DNA of 64,000 nt. Origin: Nitrospirales bacterium (lineage in GTDB: Bacteria > Nitrospirota > Nitrospiria > Nitrospirales > UBA8639). The position numbers were made by a program, and so were the translations under genes. Of this stretch, positions 1 through 15,000 are shown piece after piece. The first letter of the stretch is position 1, and every line of letters begins with the position of its first letter. The stretch spans positions 1,024,001-1,088,000 of the forward strand of contig CBDBCZ010000015.1 of NCBI GenBank assembly GCA_965203295.1, read 5' to 3'. The notes beneath the pieces were generated by a model. It was given only the letters and a program-made list of their open reading frames with translations, had not been told where the DNA came from and made no database searches.

Positions 1-3000
1 CTCAGGCAAATACTTTCAGCCAAAGTAACTGGCTACCATTGATCTGACCCTTCCCAACTGTTTAGGAAAAGAAATTGTTATTCAAAGGCTTGTTTAGTTT
101 GAATGATGTTAGTCAGATACAATACATGCTTAGGAAGTATCGATGTTCAAGAAAGGAACTGGTTATTCAAATGCTTATTTAGTTTACTTGATGTTAGTCT
201 GCAGATTAGGAAAGAAGTATTTTATAGAAAATCGTTAGTTTTGTTGGTCTCTAGCAAAGACTTTGAGCCAAAGTAACTAGCTACCATTGATCTGACCCTT
301 CCCAACTGTTTAGGAAAAGAACTGGTTATTCAAAGGCTTGATTAGTTTTAATGATGTTAGTCGGATACAATACATGTTTAGGAAGTGTCGATGTTCAAGA
401 AAGGAACTGGTTATTCAAAGGCTTGTTTAGTTTGGTTGATGTTAGTTTGCAGATTAAGAAAGAAGGATTTTATTTAAAATTGTTAGTTTTTTTGTCTCTA
501 GTAAAGACTTTAAGCCAAAGTAACTTGATACCATTTATCTGACCCTTCCCAACTGTTTAGAAAAAGAGCTGGTTATTCAAAGGCCTGTTTATTTTTTTTG
601 ACGTAAACCTGAAGATTAGGAAAGAAGGATTTTATTGAAAATTGTTAGTTTTGTTGGTCTCAGGCAAAGACTTTCAGCCAAAATAACTAGCTACCATTGA
701 TCTGACCCTTCCCAACTGTTTAGGAAAAGAATTTGTTATTCAAAGGCTTGTTTAGTTTTAATGATGTTAGTCAGATACAATACATGCTTAGGAAGTATCG
801 ATCTTCAAGAAAGGAACTGGTTATTCAAAGGCTTGTTTAGTTTACTTGATGTTAGTCTGCAGATTAGGAAAGAAGTATTTTATAGAAAATCGTTAGTTTT
901 GTTGGTCTTTAGCAAAGACTTTAAGCCAAAGTAACTAGCTACCATTGATCTGACCCTTCCTAACTGTTTAGGAAAAGAACTGGTTATCCAATTTAGTTTG
1001 AATGATGTTAGTCTGAAGATTAGGAAAGAAGGATTTTATTGAAAATTGTTAGTTTTGTTGGTCTCAGGCAAAGACTTTCAGCCAAAGTAACTGGCTACCA
1101 TTGATCTGACCCTTCCCAACTGTTTAGGAAAAGAACTTGTTATTCAAAGGCTTGATTAGTTTTATTGATGTTAGTCGGATACAATACATGTTTAGGAAGT
1201 GTCGATGTTCAAGAAAGGAACTGGTTATTCAACGGCTTGTTTAGTTTTGTTGATGTTAGTCTGAAGATTAGGAAAGAAGGATTTTATTGAAAATTGTTAG
1301 TTTTGTTGGTCTCAGGCAAAGACTTTCACCAAAAGTAACTAGCTACCATTGAACTGACCCTTCCCAACTGTTTAGAAAAAGAACTGGTTATTCAAAGGCC
1401 TGTTTAGTTTTTTTTTATGTTAGCCTGAAGATTAGGAAAGAAGGATTTTATTGAAAATTTTTAGTTTCGTTGGTCTCTTGCAATGACTTTAGCTACCATT
1501 GATCTGATCTTTCCGAACTATTTAGAAAAAGAACTGGTTATTCAAAGGCTTGTTTAGTTTGAATGATGTTAGTCAGATACAATACATGCTTAGGAAGTAT
1601 CGATGTTCAAGAAAGGAACTGGTTATTCAAAGGCTTGTTTAATTTGGTTGATGTTAACCTGAAGATTAGGAAAGAAGGATTTTATTGAAAATTGTTAGTT
1701 TTTGTTGGTCACAGGCTAAGACTTTCATCCAAAGTAACTGGCTACCATTGATCTGACACTTCCCAACTATTTAGGAAAAGAACCTGTTATTCAAAGGCTT
1801 GTTTAGTTTGCTTGATGTTAGTCTGCAGATTAGAAAAGAAGTATTTTATAGAAAATCGTTAGTTTTGTTGGTCTCTAGCAAAGACTTTGAGCCAAAGTAA
1901 CTAGCTACCATTGATCTGACCCTTCCCAACTGTTTAGAAAAAGAACTGGTTATTCAAAGGCTTGTTTAGTTTGAATGATGTTAGTCGGATACAATACATG
2001 CTTAGGAAGTATCGATGTTCAAGACCGGAACTGGTTATTCAAAGGCTTGTTTAGTTTGGTTGATGTTTGTCTGAAGATTAGGAAAGAAGGATTTCATTGA
2101 AAATTGTTAGATTTGTTGGTCTCTGGCAAAGACTCTAAGCCAAAGTCACTAACTACCATTGATCTGACTCTTCCCAACTGTTTAGAAAAAGAACTGGTTA
2201 TTCAAAGGCTTGTTTAGTTTGAATGATGTTAGTCAGATACAATACACGCTTAGGAAGTATCGATGTTCAAGAAAGGAACTTGTTATTCAAGGGCTTGTTT
2301 AGTTTCGTTGATGATAGTCTGAAGATTAGGAAAGAAGGATTTTAATGAAAATTATTAGTTTTGTTCGTCTCTAGCAAAGACTTTAAGCCAAAGTTACTAG
2401 CTACCTTTAATCTGACCCTTCCCAACAGTTTAGAAAAAGAGCTGGTTATTCAAAAGCTTGTTTAGTTTGAATGATGTTAGTCTGAAGCTTAGAAATGAAG
2501 GATTTTATTGAAAATTGATAGTTTTGTTGGTCTCTAGCAAAGACTTTAAGCCAAAGTAACTAGCTACCATAGATCTGACCCTTTCCAACGGTTTAGGAAA
2601 AGAACCTGTTATTCAAAGGCTTGATTAGTTTTGATTTAAAGTTAGTCGGATACAATACATGTTTAGGAAGTGTCGATGTTCAAGAAAGGAACTGGTTATT
2701 CAAAGGCTTGTTTAGTATGGTTGATGTTAGTCTTAAGATTAGGAAAGAAGAATTTTATTGAAAATTGTTAGTTTTGTTGGTCTCAGGCAAAAACTTTCAG
2801 CAAAAGTAACTAGCTACCATTGATCTGACCCTTCCTAACTGTTTAGGAAAAGAACTGGTTATTCAAAGGCTTGTTTAGTTTGAATGATGTTAGTCTGAAG
2901 ATTAAGAAAGAAGGATTTTATTGAAAATTGGTAGTTTTGTTGGTCTCAGGCAAAGACTTTCAGCCAAAGTAACTGGCTACCATTTATCTGACCCTTCCCA

Positions 3001-6000
3001 ACTGTTTAGAAAAAGAACTGGTTATTCAAAGGCTTGATTAGTTTTATTGATGTTAGCCGGATACAATACATGTTTAAAAAGTGTCGATGTTCAAGAAAGG
3101 AACTGGTTATTCAAAGGCTTGTTTAGTTTTGTTGTTGTTAGTCTGAAGTTTAGGAAAGAAGGATTTTATTGAAAATTGTTAGTTTTGTTGGTCTCAGGCA
3201 AAGACTTTCAGCAAAATTAACTAGCTACCATTGAACTGACCCTTCCTAACTGTTTAGGAAAAGAACTGGTTATTCAAAGGCTTGTTTAGTTTGAATGATG
3301 TTAGTCTGTAGATTAGGAAAGAAGGATTTTATTGAAAATTGTTAGTTTTGTTTTTCTCTAGCAAAGACTTTAAGCCAAAGTAACTAGCTACCATTTATCT
3401 GACCCTTCCCAACTGTTTAGAAAAAGAGCTGGTTATTCAAAGGCCTGTTTAGTTTTGTTGATGTTAGCCTGAAGATTAGGAAAGAAGTATTTTATTGAAA
3501 ATTGTTAGTTTTTTTGGTCTCTTGCAATGACTTTAATTAAGCCAAAGTTACTAGCTACCATTGATCTGATCTTTCTGAACTATTTAGATAAAGTGCAGGT
3601 TATTCAAAGGCTTGTTTTGTTTGAATGATATTAGTCAGATACAATACATGCTTAGGAAGTATCAATGTTCAAGAAAGGAACTGGTTATTCAAAGGCTTGT
3701 TTAATTTGGTTGATGTTATTCTGAAGATTAGGAAAGAAGGATTTTATTGAAAATTGTTAGTTTTGTTGGTCTCTAGCAAAGACTTTAAGCCAAAGTAACT
3801 TGCTACCATTTATCTGACCCTTCCTAACTGTTTAGAAAAAGAGCTGGTTATTCAAAGGCCTGTTTAGTTTTGTTGATGTTAGCCTGAAGATTAGGAAAGA
3901 AGTATTTTATTGAAAATTGTTAGTTTTTTTGGTCTCAGGCAAAGACTTTCAGCCACAGTAACAGGCTACCATTGATCTGACCCTTCCCAACTGTTTTGGA
4001 AAAGAACTGGTTATTCAAAGGCTTGTTTAGTTTGGTCAGATACAATACATGTTTAGGAAGTATCGATGTTCAAGAAAGGAACTGCTTAATCAAAGGCTTG
4101 TTTAGTTTAGTTGATTTTAGTCTGAAGATTAAGAAAGGAGGATTTTATTGAAAATTGTTAGTTTTGTTGGTCTCAGGTAAAGACTTTCAGCCAAAGTATC
4201 TAGCTACCATTGATCTGTCCCCTCCCAACTGTCTTGGAAAGGAACTGGCTTATGATTCAATCATTTGTTTAGTTTAAATGATGTTTGTCTGATACAATAC
4301 ATACATGCTTAGAAAGTAAGGGTTTTCACTAATAATTGGTACAATTTTAGCTTTATTGGTCTCAGGAAACTTTCAGTCAAAACAACTAGCTACCATTGAT
4401 CTGACCCTTCCCAACTGTCTAGGAAAGAAATTTTTTAAAGATTTTATAGCTTGTTTAGTTTGAATGATGTTAGTCGGATACAATACTTGCTTAGGAAGTA
4501 TCGATGTTCAAGACCGGAACTGGTTATTCAAAGGCTTGTTTAGTTTGGTTGATGTTAGTCTGAAGATTAGGAAAGAAGGATTTCATTGAAAATTGTTAGA
4601 TTTGTTTGTCTCTGGCAAAGACTTTAAGCCAAAGTCACTAGCTACCATTGATCTTACCCTTCCCAACTGTTTTGAAAAAGAACTGGTTATTCAAAGGCTT
4701 ATTTAGTTTGAATGATGTTAGTCATATACAATACATGCTTAGGAAGTATCAATGTTCAAGAAAGGAACTTGTTATTCAAAGGCTTGTTTAGTTTGGTTGA
4801 TGTTAGTCTGAAGATTAGGAAAGAAGGATTTTATTCAAAATTGTTAGTTTTGTTCATCTCAGGCCAAGACTTCCAGCCAAAGTAAATGGCTACCATTGAT
4901 CTGACCCTTCCCAACTGTTTAGGAAAAGAACCTGTTATTCAAAGGCTTGTTTATTTTGAATGATCTTAGTCAGATACAAAACATGCTTAGGAAGTATCGA
5001 TGTTCAAGAAAGGAACTGGTTATTCAAAGGCTTGTTTAGTTTGCTTGATGTTAGTCTGCAGATTAGGAAAGAAGTATTTTATAGAAAATCGTTAGTTTTG
5101 TTGGTCTCTAGCAAAGACTTTGAGCCAAAGTAACTAGCTACCATCGATCTGACCCTTCCCAACTGTTTAGGAAAAGAATCTGTTATTCAAAGGCTTGTTT
5201 AGTTATAATGATGTTAGTCGGATACAATACATGCCTAGGAAGTATCGATGTTCAAGAAAGAACTTGTTATTCAAAGGCTTGTTTAGTTTGGTTGATGTTA
5301 GTCTGAAGATTAGGAAAGAAGGATTTTAATGAAAATTATTAGTTTTGTTGGTCTCTAGCAAAGACTTTAAGCCAAAGTTACTAGCTACCTTTAATCTGAC
5401 CCTTATCAACTGTTTAGAAAAAGAGCTGGTTATTCAAAATCTCGATTAGTTTGAATGATGTTAGTCTGAAGGATAAAAAAGAAGGATTTTATTGAAAATT
5501 GATAGTTTTGTTGGTCTCTAGCAAAGACTTTAAGCCAAAGTAACTAGCTACTATTGATCTGACCCTTCCCAACGGTTTAGGAAAAGAACCTGTTATTCAA
5601 AGGCTTGATTAGTTTTAATGATGTTAGTCGGATACAATACATGTTTAGGAAGTGTCGATGTTCAAGAAAGGAACTGGTTATTCAAAGGCTTGTTTAGTTT
5701 GGTTGATGTTAGTCTGAAGATTAAGAAAGAAGAATTTTATTGAAAATTGTTAGTTTTGTTGGTCTCTAGCAAAGACTTTAAGCCAAAGTAACTAGCTACC
5801 ATTGATCTGTCCCTTCCTAACTGTTTAGGAAAAGAACTAGTTATTCAAAGGCTTGTTTAGTTTGAATGATGTTAGTCTGAAGATTAGGAAAGAAGGATTT
5901 TATTGAAAATTGTTAGTTTTGTTGGTCTCTAGCAAAGACTTTAAGCCAAAGTTACTAGCTACCTTTAATCTGACCCTTCTCAACTGTTTAGAAAAAGAGC

Positions 6001-9000
6001 TGGTTATTCAAAATCTCGATTAGTTTGAATGATGTTAGTCTGAAGGATAAAAAAGAAGGATTTTATTGAAAATTGATAGTTTTGTTGGTCTCTAGCAAAG
6101 ACTTTAAGCCAAAGTTACTAGCTACCTTTAATCTGACCCTTCTCAACTGTTTAGAAAAAGAGCTGGTTATTCAAAATCTCGATTAGTTTGAATGATGTTA
6201 GTCTGAAGGATAAAAAAGAAGGATTTTATTGAAAATTGATAGTTTTGTTGGTCTCTAGCAAAGACTTTAAGCCAAAGTAACTAGCTACTATTGATCTGAC
6301 CCTTCCCAACGGTTTAGGAAAAGAACCTGTTATTCAAAGGCTTGATTAGTTTTAATGATGTTAGTCGGATACAATACATGTTTAGGAAGTGTCGATGTTC
6401 AAGAAAGGAACTGGTTATTCAAAGGCTTGTTTAGTTTGGTTGATGTTAGTCTGAAGATTAAGAAAGAAGAATTTTATTGAAAATTGTTAGTTTTGTTGGT
6501 CTCTAGCAAAGACTTTAAGCCAAAGTAACTAGCTACCATTGATCTGACCCTTCCTAACTGTTTAGGAAAAGAACTAGTTATTCAAAGGCTTGTTTAGTTT
6601 GAATGATGTTAGTCTGAAGATTAGGAAAGAAGGATTTTATTGAAAATTGTTAGTTTTGTTGGTCTCAGGCAAAGACTTTCAGCCAAAGTAACTGGCTACC
6701 AGGCTTGATTAGTTTTATTGATGTTAGTCGGATACAATACATGTTTAGGAAGTGTCGATGTTCAAGAAAGGAACTGGTTATTCAAAGGCTTGTTTAGTTT
6801 TGTTGATGTTAGTCTGAAGATTAGGAAAGAAGGATTTTATAGAAAATCGTTAGTTTTGTTGGTCTCAGGCAAAGACTTTCACCAAAAGTAACTAGCTACC
6901 ATTGAACTGACCCTTCCTAACTGTTTAGGAAAAGAACTGGTTATTCAAAGGCTTGTTTAGTTTGAATGATGTTAGTCTGTAGATTAGAAAAGAAGGATTT
7001 TATTGAAAATTGTTAGTTTTGTTTGTCTCTAGCAAAGACTTTAAGCCAAAGTAACTAGCTACCATTTATCTGACCCTTCCCAACTGTTTAGAAAAAGAAC
7101 TGGTTATTCAAAGGCCTTTTTAGTTTTTTTTGATGTTAGCCTGAAGATTAGGAAAGAAGGATTTTATTGAAAAATTTTAGTTTCGTTGGTCTCTTGCAAT
7201 GACTTTAGCTACCATTGATCTGATCTTTCCGAACTATTTAGAAAAAGGACTTGTTATTCAAAGGCTTGTTTAGTTTGAATGATGTTAGTCAGATACAATA
7301 CATGCTTAGGAAGTATCGATGTTCAAGAAAGGAACTGGTTATTTAAAGGCTTGTTTAATTTGGTTGATGTTAACCTGAAGATTAGGAAAGAAGGATTTTA
7401 TTGAAAATTGTTAGTTTTTGTTGGTCTCAGGCTAAGACTTTCAGCCAAAGTAACTGGCTACCATTGATCTGACACTTCCCAACTATTTAGGAAAAGAACC
7501 TGTTATTCAAAGGCTTGTTTAGTTTGCTTGATGTTAGTCTGCAGATTAGGAAAGAAGTATTTTATAGAAAATCGTTAGTTTTGTTGGTCTCTAGCAAAGA
7601 CTTTGAGCCAAATTAACTAGCTACCATTGATCTGACCCTTCCCAACTGTTTAGAAAAAGAACTGGTTATTCAAAGGCTTGTTTAGTTTGAATGATGTTAG
7701 TCGGATACAATACATGTTTAGGAAGTATCGATGTTCAAGACCGGAACTGGTTATTCAAAGGCTTGTTTAGTTTGGTTGATGTTTGTCTGAAGATTAGGAA
7801 AGAAGGATTTCATTGAAAATTGTTAGATTTGTTGGTCTCTGGCAAAGACTCTAAGCCAAAGTCACTAACTACCATTGATCTGACTCTTCCCAACTGTTTA
7901 GAAAAAGAAATGGTTATTCAAAGGCTTGTTTAGTTTGAATGATGTTAGTCGGATACAATACATGCTTAGGAAGTATCGATGTTCAAGACCGGAACTGGTT
8001 ATTCAAAGGATTGTTTAGTTTGGTTGATGTTAGTCTGAAGATTAGGAAAGAAGGATTTCATTGAAAATTGTTAGATTTGTTTGTCTCTGGCAAAGACTTT
8101 AAGCCAAAGTCACTAGCTACCATTGATCTTACCCTTCCCAACTGTTTTGAAAAAGAACTGGTTATTTAAAGGCTTATTTAGTTTGAATGATGTTAGTCAT
8201 ATACAATACATGCTTAGGAAGTATCGATGTTCAAGAAAGGAACTTGTTATTCAAAGGCTTGTTTAGTTTGGTTGATGTTAGTCTGAAGATTAGGAAAGAA
8301 GGATTTTATTCAAAATTGTTAGTTTTATTCATCTCAGGCAAAGACTTTCAGCCAAAGTAAATGGCTACCATTGATCTGACCCTTCCCAACTGTTTAGGAA
8401 AAGAACCTGTTATTCAAAGGCTTGTTTATTTTGAATGATCTTAGTCAGATACAATACATGCTTAGGAAGTATCGATGTTCAAGAAAGGAACTGGTTATTA
8501 AAAGGCTTGTTTAGTTTGCTTGATGTTAGTCTGCAGATTAGGAAAGAAGTATTTTATAGAAAATCGTTAGTTTTGTTGGTCTCTAGCAAAGACTTTGAGC
8601 CAAAGTAACTAGCTACCATCGATCTGACCCTTCCCAACTGTTTAGGAAAAGAATCTGTTATTCAAAGGCTTGTTTAGTTATAATGATGTTAGTCGGATAC
8701 AGTACATGCCTAGGAAGTATCGATGTTCAAGAAAGAAGTTGTTATTCAAAGGCTTGTTTAGTTTGGTTGATGTTAGTCTGAAGATTAGGAAAGAACGATT
8801 TTAATGAAAATTGTTAGTTTTGTTTGTCTCTAGCAAAGACTTTAAGCCAAAGTTACTAGCTACCTTTAATCTGACCCTTCCCAACTGTTTAGAAAAAGAG
8901 CTGGTTATTCAAAATCTCGATTAGTTTGAATGATGTTAGTCTGAAGCTTAAAAAAGAAGGATTTTATTGAAAATTGATAGTTTTGTTGGTCTCTAGCAAA

Positions 9001-12000
9001 GACTTTAAGCCAAAGTAACTAGCTACCATTGATCTGACCCTTCCCAACGGTTTAGGAAAAGAACCTGTTATTCAAAGGCTTGATTAGTTTTAATGATGTT
9101 AGTCGGATACAATACATGTTTAGGAAGTGTCGATGTTCAAGAAAGGAACTGGTTATTCAAAGGCTTGTTTAGTTTGGTTGATGTTAGTCTGAAGATTAAG
9201 AAAGAAGAATTTTATTGAAAATTTTTAGTTTTGTTGGTCTCTAGCAAAGACTTTAAGCCAAAGTAACTAGCTACCATTGATCTGACCCTTCCTAACTGTT
9301 TAGGAAAAGAACTAGTTATTCAAAGACTTGTTTAGTTTGAATGATGTTAGCCTGAAGATTAGGAAAGAAGGATTTTATTGAAAATTGTTAGTTTTGTTGG
9401 TCTCAGGCAAAGAATTTCAGCCAAAGTAACTGGCTACCATTGATCTGACCCTTCCCAACTGTTTAGGAAAAGAACTGGTTATTCAAAGGCTTGATTAGTT
9501 TTATTGATGTTAGTCGGATACAATACATGTTTAGGAAGTGTCGATGTTCAAGAAATGAACTGGTTATTCAAAGGCTTGTTTAGTTTAGTTGATTTTAGTC
9601 TGAAGATTAGGAAAGGAGGATTTTATTGAAAATTGTTAGTTTTGTTGGTCTCAGGTAAAGACTTTAAGCCAATGTATCTAGCTACCATTGATCTGACCCC
9701 TCCCAACTGTCTTGGAAAGGAACTGGTTTATGATTCAATCATTTGTTTAGTTTAAATGATGTTTGTCGGATACAATACATACATGCTTAGAAAGTAAGGG
9801 TTTTCACTAATAATTGGCACAATTTTAGCTTTATTGGTCTCAGGAAATTTTCAGTCAAAACAACTAGCTACCATTGATCTGACCCTTCCCAACTGTCTAG
9901 GAAAGAAATTTTTTTAAGATTTTATAGCTTGTTTAGTTTGAATGATGTTAGTCGGATACAATACATGCTTAGGAAGTATCGATGTTCAAGACCGGAACTG
10001 GTTATTCAAAGGCTTGTTTAGTTTGGTTGATGTTAGTCTGAAGATTAGGAAAGAAGGATTTCATTGAAAATTGTTAGATTTGTTTGTCTCTGGCAAAGAC
10101 TTTAAGCCAAAGTCACTAGCTACCATTGATCTGACCCTTCCCAACATTTTAGAAAAAGAACTGGTTATTCAAAGGCTTGTTTAGTTTGAAATGTTAGTCA
10201 GATACAATACACGCTTAGGAAGTATCGATGTTCAAGAAAGGAACTTGTTATTCAAGGGCTTGTTTAGTTTCGTTAATGTTAGTCTGAAGATTAGGAAAGA
10301 AGGATTTTAATGAAAATTATTAGTTTTGTTGGTCTCTAGCAAAGACTTTAAGCGAAAGTTACTAGCAACCTTTAATCTGACCCTTCGCAACTTTTTAGAA
10401 AAAGAGCTGGTTATTCAAAAGCCTTTTTAATTTGAATGATGTTAGTCTGAAGATTAGAAAAGAAGGATTTTATTGAAAATTGATAGTTTTGTTTGTCTCT
10501 AGCAAAGACTTTAAGCCAAAGTAACTAGCTACCATTTATCTGACCCTTACGAACTGTTTAGAAAAAGAACTGGTTATTCAAAGGCCCTTTTAGTTTTGTT
10601 GACGTTAGCCTGAAGATTAGGAAAGAAGGATTTTATTGAAAATTGTTTGTTTTGTTGGTCTCTAGCAAAGACTTTAAGCCAAAGTCACTAGCTACCATTG
10701 ATCTTACCCTTCCCAACTGTTTAGAAAAAGAGCTGGTTATTCAAAGGCTTGTTTTGTTTGAATGATATTAGTCAGATACAATACATGCTTAGGAAGTATC
10801 GATGTTCAAGAAAGGAACTGGTTATTTAAAGGCTTGTTTAGTTTGCTTGATGTTAGTCTGCAGATTAGAAAAGAAGTATTATATAGAAAATCGTTTGTTT
10901 TGTTTGTCTCTAGCAAAGACTTTGAGCCAAAGTAACTAGCTACCATTGATCTGACCCTTCCCAACTGTTTAGAAAAAGAACTGGTTATTCAAAGGCTTGT
11001 TTAGTTTAAATGATGTCTGTCGGATACAATACATGCCTAGGAAGTATTGATGTTCAAGACCGGAACTGGTTATTCAAAGGCTTGTTTAGTTTGGTTGATG
11101 TTAGTCTGAAGATTAGGAAAGAAGGATTTCATTGAAAATTGTTAGATTTGTTTGTCTCTGGCAAAGACTTTAAGCCAAAGTCACTAGCTACCATTGATCT
11201 GACCCTTCCCAACATTTTAGAAAAAGAACTGCTTATTCAAAGGCTTGTTTAGTTTGAAATGTTAGTCAGATACAATACACGCTTAGGAAGTATCGATGTT
11301 CAAGAAAGGAACTTGTTATTCAAGGGCTTGTTTAGTTTCGTTAATGTTAGTCTGAAGATTAGGAAAGAAGGATTTTAATGAAAATTATTAGTTTTGTTGG
11401 TCTCTAGCAAAGACTTTAAGCGAAAGTTACTAGCTACCTTTAATCTGACCCTTCCCAACTTTTTAGAAAAAGAGCTGGTTATTCAAAAGCTTGTTTAATT
11501 TGAATGATGTTAGTCTGAAGATTAGAAAAGAAGGATTTTATTGAAAATTGATAGTTTTGTTTGTCTCTAGCAAAGACTTTAAGCCAAAGTAACTAGCTAC
11601 CATTTATCTGACCCTTACGAACTGTTTAGAAAAAGAACTGGTTATTCAAAGGCCCTTTTAGTTTTGTTGACGTTAGCCTGAAGATTAGGAAAGAAGGATT
11701 TTATTGAAAATTGTTAGTTTTGTTGGTCTCTAGCAAAGACTTTAAGCCAAAGTCACTAGCTACCATTGATCTTACCCTTCCCAACTGTTTAGAAAAAGAG
11801 CTGGTTATTCAAAGGCTTGTTTTGTTTGAATGATATTAGTCAGATACAATACATGCTTAGGAAGTATCGATGTTCAAGAAAGGAACTGGTTATTTAAAGG
11901 CTTGTTTAGTTTGCTTGATGTTAGTCTGCAGATTAGAAAAGAAGTATTATATAGAAAATCGTTTGTTTTGTTTGTCTCTAGCAAAGACTTTGAGCCAAAG

Positions 12001-15000
12001 TAACTAGCTACCATTGATCTGACCCTTCCCAACTGTTTAGAAAAAGAACTGGTTATTCAAAGGCTTGTTTAGTTTAAATGATGTTGGTCGGATACAATAC
12101 ATGCCTAGGAAGTATTGATGTTCAAGAAAGGAACATGTTATTCAAAGGCTTGTTTAGTTAGGTTAATGTTTGTCTGAAGATTACGAAAGAAGGATTTATT
12201 TTATAATTGTTAGATTTGTCGGTCTCTAGCAAAGACTTTAAGCCAAAGTAACTAGCTACCATTTATCTGACCCTTCCCAACAGTTTAGGAAAAGAACTGG
12301 TTATGCAAAGGCTTGTTTAGTTTGAATGATGTTAGTCAGATACAATACATGCTTAGGAAGTATCGATGTTCAAGAAAGGAACTGGTTATTCAAAGGCCGG
12401 TTTAGTTTGGTTGATGTTAGTCTGAAGATTAGGAAGGAAGGATTTTATTGAAAATTGATAGTTTTGTTGGTCTCTAGCAAAGACTTTAAGCCAAAGTAAC
12501 TGGCTACCATTGATCTGACCCTTCCTAACAGTATAGGAAAAGAACCTGTTATTCAAAGGCTTGTTTAGTTTGAATGATGTTAGTCAAATACAATACATGC
12601 TTAGGAAGTATCGATTTTCAAGAAAGGAACTGGTTATTCAAAGGCTTGTTTAGTTTGGTTGATGTTAGTCTGCAGATTAGGAAAGAAGGATTTTATTGAA
12701 AATTGTTAATTTTGTTGGTCTCTAGCAGAGAATTTGAGCCAAAGCAACTAGCTACCATTGATTAGGAAAGAAGGATTTTATTGAAAATTGTAAGTTTTGT
12801 TGGTCTCTAGCAAAGACTTTAAGGCAAAGTAAATAGCTACCATTTATCAGACCCTTCCGGACTGTTTAGAAAAAGAACTGGTTATTCAAAGGCCTGTTTA
12901 GTTTTGTTGATTTTAGCCTTAAGATTAGGAAAGAATGATTTTCTTGAAAATTGTTAGTTTTGTTGGTCTCTAGCAAAGACTTTAAGCCAAAGTCACTAGC
13001 TACCATTTATCTGACACTTCCCAACTGTTTAGAAAAAGAGCTGGTTATTCAAAGGCTAGTTATGTTTGAATGATGTTAGTCAAATAGAATAATCCTTAGG
13101 AAGTATCGATGTTCAAGAAAGGAACTGGTTATTCAAAGGCTTGTTTAATTTGGTCGATGTTAGTCTGAAGATTAGGAAAGAAGGATTTTATTGAAAATTG
13201 TTATTTTGTTGGTCTCTAGCAATGACTTTAAGCCGAAGTAACTAGCTACCATTGATCTGACCCTTCCCAACTGTTTAGAAAAAGAACTGGTTATTCAAAG
13301 GCTTGTTTAGTTTGAATGATGTTAGTCAGATACAATACATGCCTAGGAAGTATCGATGTTCAAGAAAGGAAGTTGTTATTCATAGGCTTGTTTAGTTTTG
13401 TTGATGTTGTCTGAAGATTAGGAAAGAAGGATTTATTGAAAATTGTTAGTTTTGTTGGTCTCTGGCAAAGACTTTAAGCCAAAGTAACAAGCTACCCTTG
13501 ATCTGACCCTTCCCAACTGTTTAGGAAAAGAACTGGTTATGAAAAGGCTTGTTTAGTTTGAATGATGTTAGTCAGATACAATACATGCCTAGGAAGTATC
13601 CATGTTCAAGAAAGGAACTTGTTATTCAAAGGCTTGTTTAGTTTGGTCGATGTTAGTCTGAAGATTAGGAAAGAAGAATTTTACTCAAAAATTGTTATTT
13701 TTTTTGTCTCTGGCAAAGACTTTAAGCCAATGTAAGTAGCTACCATTGATCTGACCTTTCCCAACTGTTTAGGAAACGAACTGGTTATTCAAAGGCTTGT
13801 TTAGTTTGAATGATGTTAGTCAGATACAATACATGCTTAGGAAGTATCTATGTTCAAGAAAGGAACTTGTTATTCAAAGGCTTGTTTAGTTCGGTTGATG
13901 TTAGTCTGAAGATTAGGAAAGAAGGATTTTATTGAAAATTGTTAGTTTTGTTGGTCTCTAGCAAAGACTTTAAGCCAAAGTAACTAGCTACCATTGATCT
14001 GACCCTTCCCAACTGTTTAGGAAAAGAACTTGTTATTCAAAGGCTTGTTTAGTTTTTTTGATATTAGCCTGAAGAATAGGTAAGAAGGATTTTATTGAAA
14101 ATTGTTAGTTTTGTTGGTCTCTAGCAAAGACTTTAAGCCAAAATAACTAGCTTCCATTGATCTGACCTTTCCCAACTGTTTAGGAAAAGAACTGGTTATT
14201 CAAAGGCTTGTTTAGTTTGAATGATGTTAGTCTGAAGATTAGGAAAGAAGGATTTTATTGAAAATTGTTAGTTTTGTTGATCTCTAGCAAAGACTTTAAG
14301 CCAAAGTAACTGGCTACCATTGATCTGATCCTTCCCAACTATTTAGAAAAAGAGCTGGTTATTCAAAGGCTTGTTTAGTTTTCTTGATGTTAGTGTGCAG
14401 ATTAGGAAAGAAGTATTTTATAGAAAATCGTTAGTTTTGTTGGTCTCTAGCAAAGACTTTTAGCCAAAGTAACAAGCTACCATTCATCTGACCCTTCCCA
14501 ACTGTTTAGGAAAAGAACTGGTTATTCAAAGGCTTGATTAGTTTTAATGATGTTAGTCGGATACAATACATGTTTAGGAAGTGTCGATGTTCAAGAAAGG
14601 AACTGGTTATTCAAAGGCTTGTTTAGTTTGGTTGATGTTCGTCTGAAGATTAGAAAATAAGGATTGTATTGAAAATTGTTAGTTTTGTTTGTCTCAGGCA
14701 AAGACTTTCAGCCAAAGTAACTAACTACCATTGATCTGACCCTTCCTAACTGTTTAGGAAAAGTTATGGTTATTCAAAGGCTTGTTTAGTTTGGTTGATG
14801 TTAGTCTGAAGATTAGGAAAGAAGGATTTTATTTAAAATTGTTATTTTTTTTGTCTCTAGCAAAGATTTTAAGCCAAAGTAACTTGCTACCCTTTTTCTG
14901 ACCCTTCCCAACTGTTTAGAAAAAGAGCTGGTTATTCAAAGGCCTGTTTAGTTTTGTTGATGTTAGCCTGAAGATTAGGAAAGAAGGATTTTATTGAAAA

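Noticed and set aside
3533..3540. TTAATTAA as a piggyBac footprint (also ~63195)
   Set aside because: piggyBac normally excises precisely and no element ends are present. A 4-bp slippage duplication inherited by both copies is simpler.
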